From Octopus vulgaris (taxonomy: Eukaryota), in contig OX597830.1 of NCBI GenBank assembly GCA_951406725.2, positions 61,814,001 through 61,878,000 on the forward strand: a stretch of DNA of 64,000 nt. Reading direction: 5' to 3'. Position numbers and translations under genes: made by a program. The notes beneath the pieces are model-generated. The model searched no databases. It was not told the DNA's origin and saw only the letters and a list, made by a program, of their open reading frames with translations. Shown here one piece after another: positions 13,037 through 25,080 of this stretch (position 1 is the first letter of the stretch; every line of letters begins with the position of its first letter).

Positions 13037-13072
13037 CTTTCTGTAGAAGAGCATAGGCTCGAAATGTAAAAG
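13037..13072 (+). ncRNA. Minimal hammerhead-like motif in PLE pLTR, variant core
   Basis: CUUU-CUGUAGA-A-GAGC(AUAG)GCUC-GAAA-U-GUA/AAAG; core A6 is replaced by U. Confidence 0.6.
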
Positions 13073-13209
13073 ACTTTTTCTATTCCTGAGCGTTATACTA
13101 ATACATCTGTTTGTTGTCTACACCACCTGCTTTCGTCTTTTGTTTTTTCGTGATATTTTTCCTAATATCTTGACAATGTTTGTATTGGAGCTTCTGGCGT
13201 GAATGCCAA

Positions 13210-13807
13210 ACTGTACAGCATGTTGTTTCCAAATGTCTGGCAGGGTGAACGAACTGTGGTCAACGAGCGAGTGCGATGGCGGTGGTCGCCACAAAAACGA
13301 CGACGACTCACGCCAAGGCGGAGATGCCGGGAGAAGAAGAAGAAGAAGAAACGGTACGACAATATTCGTCGAGGCGGCGATGCAGCGAAACCCGGAGTTG
13401 AAGCCACGGTTCTGTCCGGGAAGAAGGGACAGACACGTCACCGCTCTCTTTCGGTGACGCTGCGTCGCCTGTGGCAGAACGGAAAGCGACGACTAGCCTG
13501 TCCGCCACGCCAGCGGTGACGCAACACGAGGTCAGCGGCGTAACCTGACCGGGTCCTCGGCTGCGAAGACGAGGCCGGGGGTCGGAGGCGAGGCGCGAGA
13601 AAATGTGGAAACGAAAAGAAAAAAAAAGAGTTTGATTGCAAGAGGACGAACCTACGAGCGTTGAAAGGCGGGCGGCAGCGACTCAGAGACACGCCAGCCG
13701 TGTAGAGTCGATCTTGCACCGGTAAGCGGGGAGATAGCCGAAGGCAGACGTCATGGTGCTGTTTTTCTCACAGACAGTGCCCAACTGACTCTACTATACT
13801 GTGCAGT
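13210..13807. other. GC/CpG-rich island, possible TIR element
   Basis: Sharp compositional contrast with flanks. Ends ACTGTACAGCAT and ATACTGTGCAGT match 10/12 as inverted repeats, with CAA on both sides. Confidence 0.4.
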
Positions 13808-14511
13808 CAAAAAAATCAAAAACAACAATGGACATGTGTGAAATAAAAAATATAAAATGGCGACAATTTACCCATTGTACCTATACACTTTGGGACCATA
13901 TGGCTTAGAGTTTGTTCACACAGCGTGGATACTTGGCTGCTGTCTTCTATGGTCATGCATTGAGCAGTGCCTTGTGAGTGAAATTTGGCTAACTGAAATT
14001 GGAAGACACCTATATGTGAGTGTCTGGTATTATTTTTCCTTTCTTGACAAGTTGTGAACAAAGTAAGCCAACACATAAAGAATGTCATTATTGACAATCT
14101 TGCATGAAAGCCTGTCTGGCTTTGAGCTGTCGCATTGTAGGAAGGAATAGGAGAAATATTGCCTTACTTGGAAACAGATAAAGGTTGGCAATAGGAAGAG
14201 CATCTTACTGTAGAAAATGCCTACCTCAACATTTTTGTCTGACTCATGCAAGCTTGGCAATATAGGAATTAAAACTTTAATGATGATGATGTGTCGTGTG
14301 TAGGTAGATAGATGGATGGATGAATAGATTGACATTTTACTGCTAATAATATACTCACTCCATCCACTCCATTGCTGTTGATAATCAGAATTTGTACTGT
14401 TGTTCCTTGCTCAGAAAAAGTTTGGCTGAGGCTCTTTTCTGTATTGCATACAACAAACATCAACTCACCTCTGTTTAAGCATCACTTGATCTTTCTCTCA
14501 TTGTACTGATG

Positions 14512-14742
14512 TTAGTTAGTTAGTTAGTTAATTTGGCTCAAAAGCAAATAGCAAGGCCATGTAGGGGGACATGGAGTTAAGTACAGGGTGGTGTTCATGT
14601 AAAGAGTTCAGGCCACTTGAGGTCAAGGGAGGCTTTGAACAAAGCGGTCATCGGCATCTTCACCATCTCATCTGGCAGCTTGTTCCACGGATCCGCAACC
14701 CGGACGGAGAAAGCTCCTCTCCTTCGATTGAGATGAAATCAT
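14512..14742 (-). mobile_element. CR1-clade LINE 3' end
   Basis: (TAAC)n tail; homologous to 21770-22216. Confidence 0.8.
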
Positions 14743-14883
14743 CGGCTCTAAAGATTTGACCTGGGAAGGAAATGGGAATTTCCAGTGAATGAGTGGGTTG
14801 ATTGGTATCCGACTTCTTCATATGAAATTTGTAATGATAGCCCGTTGACACTAGAAACTTGCAGACATTTAATATTTCACCTT

Positions 14884-15620
14884 TGGCGTTAGGAAGGGCA
14901 TCCAGCTGTAGAAACACTGCCAGATCAGACTGGAGCCTGGTGCAGCCTTCTGTCTTCCCAGATCCTCAGTTGAACCGTCCAACCCATGCCAGCATGGAGA
15001 ACGGACGTTAAACGATGATGATGATGATCAAGCAATTGAGGTAATTAGCATGAGGGATAAGATCATCAGGCTTAAGTTAGTTATTGACATTGATCTCTGT
15101 GTACGCACTACAACCAGGACTGGCTGCTCAGTAGAAGGTACACTTCTCTGAGGTCCTTTCACTTACTGACTCAATAACGAATGACAGGTGAATTCAGTGG
15201 GTATGTTGGGTATCACCATCATGGTTTCCAAAGTGTGCATAGAGGCTATAGGTATAGTACTAGAAGAGAAGAGAGATTGAGTATTCAGGAGTTTGGCAAT
15301 GCAAAAGACCTAACCATTTGCAACATTAACTTTAGGAAACCTACCAGTTCTCTGATCATTTACCAATCATGTAAATACACAAACCAGATTCACTCCAACT
15401 TCATTGTCTTCAGAAAACAGAGTAAACAGATGGCTTTGAATACTAAGTCTGTCCCTAGAGAAGAAGCATAGTGTTAGAGATTACTAATTTCAAAATGAGA
15501 GCTACACTTTTCCAGAGACTCAAGATAATGTAGAGAAGAAAGATATGGAAGGTTACGGAGCCATCAAACAGGGAGAGATTCAGAGACGTATTACTTAGCA
15601 CATGTGATTTGAAGGAAGTG
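14884..15620 (+). mobile_element. RTE 3' tail followed by decayed LINE AP-endonuclease fragment
   Basis: GAT-tailed unit at 14884-15028. ORF 15181 GEFSGYVG...QEFGNAKDLTICNINFRK...YQSCKYTNQI resembles the RTE endonuclease region. Confidence 0.6.
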
Positions 15621-15698
15621 AGAGAGAAAGAGTGAGGTGTATATATGAAAAGATCTCTTGGGATCAACTGAGTTTTACTTTGGTTTATTTGTTTTCTG

Positions 15699-16112
15699 GG
15701 ATCTTTTCGGTTTGAACGGCAGTTTTTAACATAATTTCTAGGTAACTAAAAAATTTTAAACTTCGTATACTGGTAGAATGTGTTTATAAAACATCTTTTT
15801 CTCTTGGCTTTATTGAGAAAATTCTATAGTTTGTAAGATATTTGTTGTTTTTTTTTCTTCAATTTCTGCAATTTCAACCAATCACTGACATCTATTGAGG
15901 TAAAAAAACATTCTGTGCCGTATGAATATGTCCCTCGTTTAAGAAACAGATTGGGTTTATTTACATTTGTGAAGAAAAAAAAGATACCCTTCTCCCCACC
16001 CCTAACCCTAAAACAGATTGAAATGCAATAGATCGATACTAGGGTCATAATTATGGGTGACAATTTCATATGACACCGCTAGAAAAAACTGCCCTTCAAA
16101 CTGAAAAGATCC
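15699..16112. mobile_element. MITE, longer copy of 4721-4970
   Basis: Same TIRs and near-identical arms, with about 165 bp extra interior. Confidence 0.9.
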
Positions 16113-16763
16113 CAGTTTTCTGTTTTATCTGTCAAGTATTTGTTTATTTTCTTGGTTGTTTATTTCGTACGTAGGGTGAAGCTGGGGGCTGTATTTGTCA
16201 TAGATTGTGTGCAATTCTAAGTATGTGGTCCATTGTATTGTGCGAAAATGTGTCCATATACAGAGTTATGGTTGTGTATATGTGTCATTGTACCATAGTG
16301 TATATGTATGTCTATGTTTGTGCATTGTTCCTGGTATGTATATATGTATGTATGTATGTACGTACATATATATGTATGTGCTTGCCATTATAAATTGTAA
16401 ATATGTTAGTCACTGCATGTCTATTAAGGATTGACATTAATTTCTTGTATGCCATCTTATAGTTTGTTTTGACTTGATTGTAACCTAGATTATCTAGTAT
16501 TTATCATTAATGGGTTTTAAATCTGATAGCTCTGAACAGTATTTTGTTACGTTGTCTTAATTTATATATTTATTTTATTACATCTCCACTTGTACTTATT
16601 TTACTTATTTTTTATTTATTCTATTGTTTTATTATTGTTATCTTTTTATACACAATATTTGATTCTTACTTTGTATATTATATAGTTTTTTCAGTTTAGG
16701 TTTTGATTTTCTTTTTATATAATTTCCAGATATATAAAAGTAACATTAAAGACTTATTATATA

Positions 16764-17176
16764 TTTACTCTTTTACTCTTTTACTTGTTTCAGTCATTTG
16801 ACTGCAGCCATGCTGGAGCACCGCCTTTAATCAAGCAACTCGACCCCGGGACTTATTCTTTTGTAAGCCCAGTACTTATTCTATCGGTCTCTTTTGCCAA
16901 ACCGCTAAGTAACGGGGACATAAACACACAAGCATCGGTTGTCAAGCAATGCTAGGGGAACAAACATAGACACAAAAACATACACACACACATATATATA
17001 TATATATACATATATACGACGGGCTTCTTTCAGTTTCCGTCTACCAAATCCACTCACAAGGCTTTGGTCGGCCCGAGGCTATAGTAGAAGACACTTGCCC
17101 AAGGTGCCACGCAGTGGGATTGAACCCGGAACCATGTGGTTGGTAAGCAAGCTACTTACCACACAGCCACTCCTGC
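16764..17176 (-). mobile_element. tRNA-derived SINE, family A
   Basis: Reverse complement of 17596-18048: A/B-box-like head, CCTTGGGCAAG core and AAAGAGT-repeat tail. Confidence 0.9.
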
Positions 17177-17595
17177 TTGCTGATGAAATAGTTTTATGAT
17201 TACATAAATTATTGAAAGGAACATGCATATGAAGGCTTGTCTGTCACCCACTGTTTATATACCTGATCTCATTCCTTATACTGTGAATCTCTCTTGTACT
17301 CACCCACACACTCTTCTGTGCTGTCACCTTACCTCTCTGACCCATTCCTATTTAATTACATCGTTATTTTATTCTCAATTCTTGCTTCAACTGGCAAAAT
17401 AAGAACCAAGCAAGTCCCCTCACTGATTTCACTGCTGATTTGCTATGCATTTGCATCATTGTAGTAGAATCTGTATCAAAGTACTGAATACTTTTATCAT
17501 TGTGTAACATTAATTGCAACAATTATTGGCAAATTTTCAGGTTTTCACATGTACGAAAATTTCTAATTAAGTTATGTGAAATATTTTAAATACTA

Positions 17596-17760
17596 GGCGC
17601 AGGAGTGGCTGTGTGGTAAGTAGCTTCTTTACCAACCACATGGTTCCGGGTTCAGTCCCACTGTGTGGCACCTTGGGCAAGTGTCTTCTGCTATAGCCTC
17701 GGGCCGACCAAAGCCTCCTCTGAGTGGATTTGGTAGACGGAAACTGAAAGAAGCCCGTCG

Positions 17761-17832
<72 letters not shown>

Positions 17833-18048
17833 ATGTTTGTGTGTCTGTGTTTGTCCCCCTAGCATTGCTTGACAACCGATACTGGTAGGTTTATGCCCCC
17901 GTCACTTAGCGGTTCGGCAAAAGAGACCGATAGAATAACTACTGGGCTTACAAAGAATAAGTCCCGGGGCCGAGTTGCTCGACTAAAGGCGGTGCTCCAG
18001 CATGGCCACAGTCAAATGACTGAAACGAGTAAAAGAGAGTAAAGAGTA
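17596..18048 (+). mobile_element. tRNA-derived SINE, family A
   Basis: GGCGCAGGAGTGGCTGTGTGG...GGGTTCAGTCCC head, internal (TA)n(TG)n and GAGTAAA tail. Confidence 0.9.
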
Positions 18049-18158
18049 TATCAGCTACCTTTTAATTATAATGAATAAAATAAAACCATAATTTGCATTT
18101 TTCTGTTTTTGAAATTCAAAAGTTTATAAAGTGGAACTATTCTGTTTTCTTATTTCAG

Positions 18159-18491
18159 GGGAAATTTTCATCTGAAAAAAGAACAATGGTCTCAGAATTA
18201 TCACTGAGTAAGCAGACTATAATCTATCAAATGTTCCGGGGTTTGTACCAGTCGTCTTTAACGTGCTTAAAATGTAGAAGACAAAGCAATACCTATGATC
18301 CTTATTTGTGTCTATCTCTTCCTTTACCTCAGATCTGTAACAGGGCAATTTATATTATCATTGTGTATCTAGATCCAAATGTAACTTTAAAAAGAATTGG
18401 AATTCTAATGAAAAATACTGAAACTTTTGGAGATTTACGGAAATGTTTGTCACAGTTACCATCACATTATCCAGCCATTCCCAAATTGAAA
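18159..18491 (+). CDS. USP31: USP31/43-like coding exon 2
   Basis: TTTCAG|GGG acceptor; MFRGLYQSSLTCLKCRRQSNTYDPYLCLSLPLP; AAA|GTAAGT donor; phase 0/0. Confidence 0.93.
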
Positions 18492-19047
18492 GTAAGTACT
18501 ATTGTTTCCTTTTATCAACTGTTTTATACCTTTGCAATTTTGGTGAATGTTGATATCTTCTACATCTTTTTATTCCCCATGGTGTGTAGGTTTAGACCTA
18601 TTGCTTTGTGCATAATAACCTCAACCATGAAATGGAATAGATTATATGATTATAAAATAGTGAAAATATTTAAACTTAGTCATTTTACATTGATAAGATG
18701 CATAAGTTCTAATATTCTTTTCTTTATATGTAATTTCCATAGCTTTACTCTGACCCTCAGCATTAGCTAACAATGGTAGTTTGTGTTGCTTAGTCATTGT
18801 ATATGGTGTGAAATAGTTTTCTTGTTGACTGTTTTATGGTGGTCACCATTTTACAGAAATATTCTAAGAGTTTTCATTTAACATTGATTGTTTTCAAAGC
18901 ATGTCTCATTAGAACAATTAGACGGTAAGTTGTCATTTTGTCCCCATATCCCTCCTATCCATCCCTCACCACCTCCTCAATGATGGCTGTACTTCTTTAT
19001 ATAATGATTTTGTGTGCATGTGTATATATGTTGAATATATGTGTGAG

Positions 19048-19283
19048 ATCATCATCATCATCATCATTGTTTAACATCCGCTTTCCATGCTAGCATGGGT
19101 TGGACGATTTTGACTGAGGGCTGGTGAGCCAGATGGCTGTACCAGGCTCCACCCTTGATCTGGCAGAGTTTCAACAGCTGGATGCTCTTCCTAATGCCAA
19201 CCACTCCGAGAGTGCAGTGGGTGCTTTTTACGTGCCACCAGCACGGGGGCCAGTCAGGCGGTACTGGCAATGACCTCGCTCGA
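19048..19283 (-). mobile_element. RTE 3' UTR-type repeat
   Basis: (CAT)n start and GCTTTTTACGTGCCACC unit. Confidence 0.8.
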
Positions 19284-20149
19284 TATATATGTATATGTGT
19301 ACATGTCTACATAGGAAGCACGTATGAGTGTGTGTTTGTGTACGTCTGTATGTTTATATATATATATATAGATGGCTATAGTTGTATAGGTGTGTATATA
19401 CAGATTATTAGTCATGTCTGAATATATGTCATACACATACTCACCATTGATGTGCTTGGCAGGATTGAGGAAAATATGTAAGCTATTGAGAAATAAATAG
19501 AAGCTTTCATAAGTATGTTGAAAGACTCAACATCTGGTAACAGGTGCTTACAAACATCTTTTCAGAAATTTAAGCCATTATCTCAAACACCCCATCACAC
19601 TTCCGAAGTCTGATTTCTCGGGCTGCTGCATAAAATGTTGGATCAATGAAAGACCAGTCTAGTGAAGTTGTTGAGATGTTAGAGCACTGGCATGTAGATG
19701 TGTGCTGTGTATAAGAGGTGAAATGGAGAGAAACCTCTACTAAACTCCTCATGGACAGGAAACAGTGGTACAAACTCTTATGGGTACATAACATTGAAGG
19801 CATACTTTTAGTAGAGAAATGGACAGATAAACTGATCAAAATAGTCAGTGTGTGACAGGGTTTGTTAAGTTATGATTAGTATATGATTATTCAGCGGTAA
19901 CATTTACCTCAGCATATGCTCCACATGTTGGATTGAAGGATCACTTCTATGAGTCCATCCTGAAAATTACTTTTGAATAAATAGTTCTTTTGCCAGTTGG
20001 ATTATGCAAATCTGTCTTCTATAGGATATTGCAACTAATGAACATAACTCTGAAGATTACATGTTGATAGAATGCACTTCCTTCCTAGCTGCATTTCTTG
20101 CATTGTAATAGATCATATGGAGTTCTAATTAAAACATTTCATGTTGTGT

Positions 20150-20562
20150 TATTTGAAATCGATCAACATCAACGGAAATTGTAGCTGTGATACCAGTGCC
20201 GGTGGCTCGTAAGAGATCCATCCGAACGTGGCCATTGTCAGCGCCGCCCCAACTGGCCTCCGTGCCGGTGGCACGTAAAAAGCACCATCCGATCGTGGCC
20301 GTTGCCAGCCTCACTAGGCCTCCGTGCCGGTGGCACGTAAAAAGCACCATCCGATTGTGGCTGTTTGCCAGCCTCGTCCGGCACGTAAAAAGCACCCACT
20401 ACACTCACGGAGTGGTTGGCGTTAGGGAGGGAATCCAGCTGTAGAAACACTGCCAGATCAGATTGGGCCTGGTGCAGCCTTCTGGCTTCCCAGACCCCAG
20501 TTGAACTGTCCAACCCATGCTAGCATGGAAAGCAGATGCTAAATGATGATGATGATGATGAT
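20150..20562 (+). mobile_element. RTE 3' UTR-type repeat with internal tandem units
   Basis: Repeated GCACGTAAAAAGCACC and a (GAT)n tail. Confidence 0.85.
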
Positions 20563-20824
20563 ATTTGTGTGTGAGTGAATGTTTTTCATATATATGTGTG
20601 TGTGTATGTGTATGCCTCTGTATGTATATGTTTAAATAAGCTATTAAAGGTGAAATTTGAAGTTCCAGTCAACATAATATGCCCAAAGTATTTTACTCTC
20701 CTAACTTTATAGAGTCCTATACTATCGGTACATATTTTATTGTTTCCTTCAAGTCAATCAGCAATACCAAATAAAACACATATTTGTATGTGTATGTGTG
20801 TGTTTGGGTAATTATATTTTTATA

Positions 20825-21235
20825 GGTGCAGGAGTGGCTCTGTGGTAAGTAGCTTGCTGATTAACCACATGGTTCTGGGTTCAGTCCCACTGCTTGGCAC
20901 TTTGGGCAAGTGTCTTCTACTATAGCCTCGGGCCGACCAAAGCCTTGTGAGTGGATTTGGTAGACGGAAACTCAAAAGAAGCCCGTCCTATATATGTATA
21001 TATATATGTGTGTGTGTGTTTTTGTGTCTGTGTTTGTCCCCCTAGCATTGCTTGACAACCGATGCTGGTGTGTTTACGTCCCCGTCACTTAGCAGCTTGG
21101 CAAAGAGACCGAGTGAATAAATACTAGGCTTACAAAGAATAAGTCCTAGGGTCGAGTTGCTCGACTAAAGGTGGTACTCCAGCATGGCCACAGTCAAATG
21201 ACTGAAACGAGTAAAAGAGTAAAGAGTAAAGAGTA
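20825..21235 (+). mobile_element. tRNA-derived SINE, family A
   Basis: Full-length copy similar to 17596-18048. Confidence 0.9.
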
Positions 21236-21769
21236 TATATGTACATACATTTAATTATAAACACACATTCATAGGAAACTACATTGGTTCAGTTATAACC
21301 AGTACACTTTATCCTCCCCTCCTCTACTCCCTACCATCGTTCCATTTCATTCTCTACCATATTCTTGATCTTTTGGACCAACTGTGTTCATTACTCTCTT
21401 CAGCCTTTCCTTCAGTACTGCCTGTCATCACTCTATCTGCTATCATACCATTGCTCCTTTTCTCTCACACACACTCCTATGTCATTGCTATATTTCCTGA
21501 CTCATGTTGTTTTGTCTTTGCCCAGTCATATTACCTTCACTCATTCCCCATACCCAGTAAACTCTGTAAATTGTCAAGTTATGAGAACCCTTTAGTCTTG
21601 TCAAAGGCATGGTATCTATCTAATGCTAGTGCCATGAAAACTAGCATCCAGTATATTATGTAGAGTGGTTGGTGTTAGAAAGGGTATCCAGCTGTAGAAG
21701 CTAAGCCCAAAATGAATCATCTGAGCAAGACGTGATCCTCTGCCCATCGACATGAACACTACCCCTGAA

Positions 21770-22216
21770 TGTTAAGTTAAGTTAAGTTAATTTTGTCTCA
21801 AAAAGCAAAAAGCAAGGCCATGTAGGGGGACATGGAGTTATGTACAGGGTGGTGTTCAGGCCATTTGTGGTCAAGGGAGACTTTGAACCGAGCGGTCGTC
21901 GGCATCTTCACTATTTCATCCGGCAGCTTATTCCACGGATTCGCAACCCGGACGGACAAAGCCCCTCTCCTTCGATTGAGATGAAATCGTCGCAGATAGA
22001 GCTTTTCGGAGTGACCCCACAGTCGATGTTCTGGAGCAGGAGTGAAGAACAGCTCTTCCGAGAGGTTACATTTTCCGCTTATGATGTTGTGAGCAAGAAT
22101 GAGATCACCACGGCGGCGGCGTTTTTCTAGAGAATAAAGGTCGAGCGTCTTCAGCCTTTCTTCATAAGACAAATGCTTGAGACCAAGAACCATGCAGGTA
22201 GCCAGCTTCTGGACTC
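21770..22216 (-). mobile_element. CR1-clade LINE 3' end
   Basis: LSYEERLKTLDLYSLEKRRRRGDLI...RVANPWNKLPDEIV is a CR1 ORF2 C-terminus; (TAACT)n tail. Confidence 0.9.
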
Positions 22217-24659
22217 TAAGGCAACTTGATCAGCTTATGCCTGCATGGAATGTGGATGTAAAATGATGATGATGGTTGTGGTGGTGGCGGCGGCAGTGTC
22301 GTCGTCATCATTACCATGTGTGTGTATACAAGCATTAGCGATGGCAGCTGTTGTATTCAAAGATTTTCAGTTTCTTCTTGACTGGGTGAGCTCTCTATGT
22401 TGATAGGATAGCCTGGGAAAGCCTTTCACCATATGAAGCAGACAGGAACCAAGATGGTAAGGAAGATCTAACAAATAGTATAGTTATTGTTGCATCATGC
22501 ATTTTTTACATTTTCCTCAACTTTTCTTTTTCTTTTCTCTTTCAAACGGCCAATTTCAATGATAAAGCGATGCCAGTTGGAGCAGTGCTGGACTGCAGTT
22601 ACTCATATTTTGTCTCAGTTTCAGCCAATGTAAGGCTTAACATTTGCTGGACTTTGTAATGTTGGAAATAGTATCCTCTGGTCTTTTCCCTGTGGTTAAT
22701 TCACTGTAGAGAATTTAAGGAGTTAATTTCTCTTTCATTCTAACCACGTGTAACCAGTGCTTCATTATGGTAGATTCTATGTTTTAACTTTTGGATTTTT
22801 TGAGGATTGTATTATTGATTCTATAATCCTCCTATTTGATATTTAAGATGGCACTGACCTTTTGTTGATGGAAATGCTTCAGTTTTTTGCTGTCCTGCTG
22901 AATAAGTGTCCATATTTCACAACTGTATAACAAAACTGAAATTACGACGGTCTGATAAACCATTAGTTTTGTTTTTTGGGATTAGATGTTTGCTTTGAAA
23001 GACCCATTTTGCCAGTTTGCTTGCAAGACAGATTTTTAAGAGCTGAATGGGATGATCCAATTAAAAATTTCACATCCCTTACAGAAGTACAGTTGTTGGG
23101 AAGACTTCCAAGATAGGGAATGAGAGGAGGACTAGAGAATAAAGGAGGAATTCCTATATTAAGAATGAGTAGATGAAAAGAAGGAAAATAAAATGTGAAT
23201 TTAAACCCACCAGTGCCATAGTTCTGAGTCTGAATACAATATAGTATTCCTTACACTTGTTTGAGTGTGAATCGCTAAAACATGATATGCAGAGATGTCA
23301 GATGCTGATAGGTGGTTAGTGGAATGGTTCATTTTATTAAAGTGCACGATGACACATTGGCTGGGTATACATAGTAGAATACTACAAATGTGTTTGTGAG
23401 AGCAGTCAGCAAGGCAGCAGCCTGTTGCACTGCAAAGTTTGCAAGTAATGTATTTATTGATGTTTGGTTGTAGTGCAGCAGAGATTTTGTGCTATGTGGT
23501 GGTACTACTACTTAGAACCGATAGTAGTAGTTGTAGCTTTATTGTAGAGACATGTGATGTTTATAGGTTCAGAGTGTAGGATTTAGAAGCTGTGAATGAG
23601 TGTGCATTTCAACAGGAGCTGGAGTTGAATAGGTGGAAGGCAAGGGAGAGGGAACATGTTTTGTAGGTGTGCATAAAGAGAGTAAGAGACAATTGACAAG
23701 GTTGATGGCCTGGGCATGGAAGAGTACAGTGCTAACAACTGGTCACAGAATAACCTTCATTGAAGAAGAAGAGGAGTTGCATTTCTTTTTTCACATTTTA
23801 ATTCTGAATCGGTGCTATAAAATCAACATCCTTCTTAGTACTCCACAAGAGGCAGACTCCCATTATGTTGCACTCTCCAGCTAGTTTTATCTCAGGTACA
23901 GGGTGATTTGGAACAATCTATGAAACAGATGTGACATCCATCAATTGGATATCAAATGTAAATGTGGAGGTATGAAAGACACCATACAAAACAACATAAA
24001 TGCATTATCATCAATCTCTATAAGGTGGTTGGGCGTTAGGAAAGGCATCCAGCCATAAAAACTCTGCCAAAACAGTGAAGTCTAGTGCAGTCTTCTGCCA
24101 AGTCAGCCCCTGTCAAACCATCCAACCCATGCCAGCAGGGAAAACAGTCATTAAGTAATAATGAGGATAATGATAATGAAGAAGAGTATTTTTGTGAAAA
24201 TACATAAGTCCTGTTTCAAACCAAGTAAAAAGTAGAAATAGAAAGGACATTCAGATGTTGGTATATTTACATCCCCATAACTTAGTGGTTCAGCTAAAGT
24301 GACTGATAGAATAAGTACTAGGCTTAAAAAAAATAAGTCCAGGGGTCAATTCTAAAACCCATTCAAGGCAGTGTCCCAGCATGGCCACAGTCAAATGATT
24401 GAAACAAGTAAAATAAAAAAATTTACCATTGAAACAAATAAAATATAAAGTCAGATGTCAAAAGGCAGAATCAAAGCATGTATAGCAGGATTCAAAATAA
24501 TTAGACTTGTACAAATTTATACAATAAGATTATTAGTGTGAAGGCAGGTATTTATATATTTCTGCTTCTCTGGTATAATTTTGACTTTTATAAATGCATA
24601 ATTATTTTGTGATTTATGCAAAAATTAGTTATGTTTACTAAAACACTTATTTATTTCAG

Positions 24660-24910
24660 TATCTCCTATGCCAAATTGATGATAATGGATATTGCAATTC
24701 ATACAGCGATTCCAAATTATTATCTGATGTGGCTGAATCTGAAGATATTTACTTGTTTGAGCTACCAACTCCTGTATTTCAACCAGAAATATCTCTTACT
24801 TCAAATTTTCATGACCAACAAGACAGAAGGCACTCCTATGAAATGTCTTCAATAAATATTTTACTTGTTCATGCTGAACAAATAAACAGTACAGCAGTTA
24901 GTGGAAAATG
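24660..24910 (+). CDS. USP31: USP31/43-like coding exon 3
   Basis: TTTCAG|TAT acceptor; YLLCQIDDNGYCNSYSDSKLLSDVAESEDIYLFELP; TG|GTTAGT donor; phase 0/2. Confidence 0.85.
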
Positions 24911-24970
24911 GTTAGTAAATATTTTGCAAAAGTTGTCCATTTTCATTTTACTAATCTATATATATAAAAT

Positions 24971-25080
<110 letters not shown>

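Larger units (their letters stand above)
11500..13165 (+). mobile_element. Penelope-like element, decayed: RT C-terminus, GIY-YIG endonuclease and pLTR
   Basis: IYEDDAL...VVNFLDVS (RT). CSCRDKNLCPLNGACMSKTIIYE...KKYIGLTEGNFKARFSNH...CSLC (CCC linker and GIY-YIG). Hammerhead-like motif at 13037. Interrupted by an RTE insertion. Confidence 0.9.

Noticed and set aside
13118-13719. Arg-rich ORFs in the GC island as a nested gene
   Set aside because: Several frames are open because of GC content, and no recognisable domain is present.
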